Positions 29,691-32,000 of a stretch of 32,000 bases of DNA are shown in pieces. The position numbers and the translations under genes were made by a program. The stretch is from Desulfobulbus propionicus DSM 2032 (GTDB lineage Bacteria; Desulfobacterota; Desulfobulbia; Desulfobulbales; Desulfobulbaceae), in assembly GCF_000186885.1 (NCBI RefSeq), contig NC_014972.1, positions 2,010,001 through 2,042,000 on the forward strand, read 5' to 3'. Each line of letters starts with the position of its first letter. Position 1 is the first letter of the stretch. The notes below the pieces were generated by a model that did no database searches, was not told where the DNA came from, and saw nothing but the letters and a program-made list of their open reading frames with translations.

Positions 29691-30822
29691 GATCCAGGCC
29701 AAACGGCAACTCCTTCAGGGCAACGAGGCCATTGTCCACGGCGCCCTGGCGGCCGGCTGCCGCTTCTTTGCCGGCTACCCGATCACTCCGGCCTCGGAGA
29801 TCGCCGAACAACTGGCCGCGCTGCTGCCCAAGGTGGGGGGCACTTTCATCCAGATGGAGGACGAGATTGCCAGCATGGGCGCGATCATCGGTGCCTCCTT
29901 GGCCGGCGTCAAGGCCATGACCGCCACCTCGGGCCCTGGTTTCTCGCTGATGCAGGAAAATCTCGGCTACGCCTGCGCGGCCGAGGTGCCCTGCGTGGTG
30001 GTGAATGTGATGCGCGGCGGCCCCTCCACCGGCCTGCCCACCAGTCCGGCTCAGGGCGACGTGCAGATGGCGCGCTGGGGCACCCATGGCGACCACCCCA
30101 TCATCGTCCTGGCCGTGTCCACGGTCAGCGACTGTTTCAGCCTCACGGTCAAGGCCTTCAACCTCTCCGAACAGTTCCGCGTGCCGGTGATTCTCCTCTC
30201 GGATGAGATCGTGGCGCACACCCGGGAGTGCGTCCAGCTGCCCGATGCCGCCGAACTGCGCATCCTCAATCGCCTCAAGCCGAGCGTGCCGCCGGACTGG
30301 TACAAACCCTACGAGGGCGACAGCCGGGGCGTGCCCGCCATGGCCACCTTGGGCGACGGCTACCGCCATCATGTCACCGGCCTGGTCCACGACGATCTCG
30401 GTTTTCCCACCGAAAAATCCAACGAGATCCTCAATTTTCAACAACGGCTGATGCACAAGATCACCCGTGGCTTCCCCGAAATCATGCTGACCCGCAGCTA
30501 CCGGTTGGAGGATGCCGAGGTCGCGATCATTGCCTACGGGTCCGTGGCCCGCTCGGCCATGCGGGCGGTGGACGAGGTGCGGCAGCGCGGCATTCCGGCC
30601 GGCCTGCTGCAGTTGATCACCCTCTTTCCCTTTCCGCGCAGCCATGTGACCCCGGTGCTCAAGCAGTGCCGCGCCGTGCTGGTGCCGGAGATGAACATGG
30701 GCCAGATCAGCCGCGAGGTGCAGCGGGTCAATCAGGGGATGTGCACCGTGGTCAAACACAACCGGGTCGACGGCCAGTGCATCACCCCCGATGAACTCGA
30801 GGCCCGGCTGGTCAAGCTGTAG
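29683..30822 (+). CDS. korA: 2-oxoacid (probably 2-oxoglutarate):ferredoxin oxidoreductase alpha subunit
   Basis: A GGAGGAGGAAGGA RBS precedes ATG 29683. The translation is [42 protein letters not shown]..., 379 aa. The D-A-B-C order and subunit sizes resemble OorDABC/KorDABG. Substrate specificity cannot be fixed from the sequence alone. Confidence 0.88.
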   Translation: [379 protein letters not shown]

Positions 30823-30831
30823 GAGGTGCGC

Positions 30832-31674
30832 ATGACTGTTCCCGCCCAGGCCATTCGCCACGAGTATCTGCGCCACAACAAGAAGTTTCCCCATGTCTGG
30901 TGCCCGGGCTGCGGCAACGGCATTGTCATGGCTGCCCTGCTGCGGGCCATCTACCGGTTGGAGCTGAGCAAGGACGAGGTGGTGCTCGCCTCGGGCATCG
31001 GCTGCTCCGGCCGCATGCCCACCTATCTCGATTTCAACACCCTGCACACCACCCACGGCCGGGCCCTAACCTTTGCCACCGGCGTCAAGCTGGCCAACCC
31101 GGCCCTGAATGTGGTGGTGATCATGGGCGACGGCGATGCCACCGCCATCGGCGGCAATCACTTCATCCATGCCGCCCGCCGCAATCTCAACCTGACCGCG
31201 ATCATCATCAACAATTCGATCTACGGCATGACCGGTGGCCAGTATTCGCCGACCACGCCCTTTGGCGCCCGCTCGACCACCTCGGTCTACGGCCACATCG
31301 AACAGGCCTTTTCCATCGCCGAGCTGGCGGTGACCGCCGGCGCCGCCTTTGTCGCCCGGTCCACCGTCTACCACGCCGACCTGATCGACCAGCTGATCGA
31401 ACAGGCCATGCGCAAGCAGGGGTTTGCCGTGGTCGAGGTGATCTCCAACTGTCATGTCCAGTACGGCCGGCGCAATCAGCTGGGGGATGCGGTGGAGATG
31501 CTCACGAGATTCAGGGACCAGGCGATCACGGTGAGCAAGGCGGCCAAGCTGTCAGCCGAGGAGCTGGCGGGCAGGATTACCATCGGCGTGCTTGCCGACC
31601 GCGACCTGCCCATCTCCACCGAGGAGTACGACAAGGTACGGCAGCGGGCCAGCGAGGAGGGGATGCTGCGATGA
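30832..31674 (+). CDS. korB: 2-oxoacid:ferredoxin oxidoreductase beta (TPP-binding) subunit
   Basis: An AGGAGG RBS lies 5 nt before ATG 30832. Motifs are FPHVWCPGCGNG and GDGDATAIGGNHFIHAARRN (TPP motif). 280 aa. Confidence 0.9.
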   Translation: MTVPAQAIRHEYLRHNKKFPHVWCPGCGNGIVMAALLRAIYRLELSKDEVVLASGIGCSGRMPTYLDFNTLHTTHGRALTFATGVKLANPALNVVVIMGDGDATAIGGNHFIHAARRNLNLTAIIINNSIYGMTGGQYSPTTPFGARSTTSVYGHIEQAFSIAELAVTAGAAFVARSTVYHADLIDQLIEQAMRKQGFAVVEVISNCHVQYGRRNQLGDAVEMLTRFRDQAITVSKAAKLSAEELAGRITIGVLADRDLPISTEEYDKVRQRASEEGMLR

Positions 31675-32000
31675 AGCTTCCCGTGAAACGACGCTACGAG
31701 ATGCGGTTCAGCGGTTCCGGCGGCCAGGGGCTGATCATGGCCGCAGTCGTCTTTGCCGAGGCGGTCGGAGTGTATGACGGCAAGTATGTCTGCCAGACCC
31801 AGAGCTACGGACCGGAAGCCCGGGGCGGCAAGTCCAAGGCCGAGGTGGTGATCAGCGATGCGCCCATCGATTATCCCAAGGCCCGGCGGCTTGACCTGCT
31901 GTTGGCCATGAATCAGACCGCCTGCGATGCCTATTACCGCGATCTCAATCCCGATGGCTTGCTGGTGGTCGACAGTTCGCTGGTCAGCCAGTATCCCACC
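31671..32000 (+). CDS. korC: 2-oxoacid:ferredoxin oxidoreductase gamma subunit, N-terminal part (runs off the window)
   Basis: ATG 31671 overlaps the korB stop (ATGA). My own translation is MKLPVKRRYEMRFSGSGGQGLIMAAVVFAEAV...QSYGPEARGGKSKAEVVIS, which is the typical gamma-subunit motif. The frame is open to the window end. Confidence 0.85.
   Translation, partial: MKLPVKRRYEMRFSGSGGQGLIMAAVVFAEAVGVYDGKYVCQTQSYGPEARGGKSKAEVVISDAPIDYPKARRLDLLLAMNQTACDAYYRDLNPDGLLVVDSSLVSQYPT

Noticed and set aside
1-32000. CRISPR arrays, tRNA/rRNA genes, transposases, integrases, phage or defence-system genes
   Set aside because: I saw no regularly spaced repeats and no cloverleaf-like or rRNA-like segments in the short intergenic regions. 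No ORF carries recombinase, nuclease or defence hallmark motifs.

Overview
GC-rich bacterial chromosomal window. The gene content suggests an anaerobic, Desulfobacterota-like organism, but that is inference from content only. I saw no rRNA, tRNA, CRISPR array, transposase or integrase.

Layout:
(1) 1-8048: a tightly coupled plus-strand cluster. It runs hydrogenase maturation protease (partial), an HdrD-like Fe-S/CCG protein with an N-terminal DNA-binding HTH, a tandem-duplicated HdrA flavoprotein, MvhD, MvhG and MvhA. The MvhA ORF in the supplied track stops at an in-frame TGA (7650-7652). That TGA sits at the first Cys position of the C-terminal DPCxxCxxH nickel motif. Reading through gives DP-U-ISCATH and a TAA at 7746-7748, so this is most likely a selenocysteine [NiFeSe] group-3c hydrogenase. 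A small Cys-rich ORF follows.
(2) 8226-14105: hypF-C-D-E-A-B.
(3) 14.1-20.5 kb: a sigma-54-style promoter region, a histidine kinase with a periplasmic CxxCH heme-c sensor, an NtrC-type regulator, an enlarged YeiH-family transporter and an untracked 58-aa membrane peptide.
(4) 20.5-22.6 kb, minus strand: a 93-aa helical protein, a DUF2284-like Cys-rich protein and a double-hotdog thioesterase.
(5) 22.6-27.1 kb: an AT-rich palindromic control region with Mn-type SOD, an SBP-PAS-GGDEF-hemerythrin protein, and an FMN reductase whose promoter carries a Fur-like box.
(6) 27.2-32.0 kb: a strongly promoted small Q/P-rich ORF with a structured leader, a winged-helix-like Fe-S protein with an HCCGCCC motif, and the divergent korDABC-type 2-oxoacid:ferredoxin oxidoreductase operon, cut at the window edge.

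The best candidate for an undescribed system is the selenium-dependent Mvh / duplicated-HdrA / HTH-HdrD module together with its orphan Cys-rich ORF.
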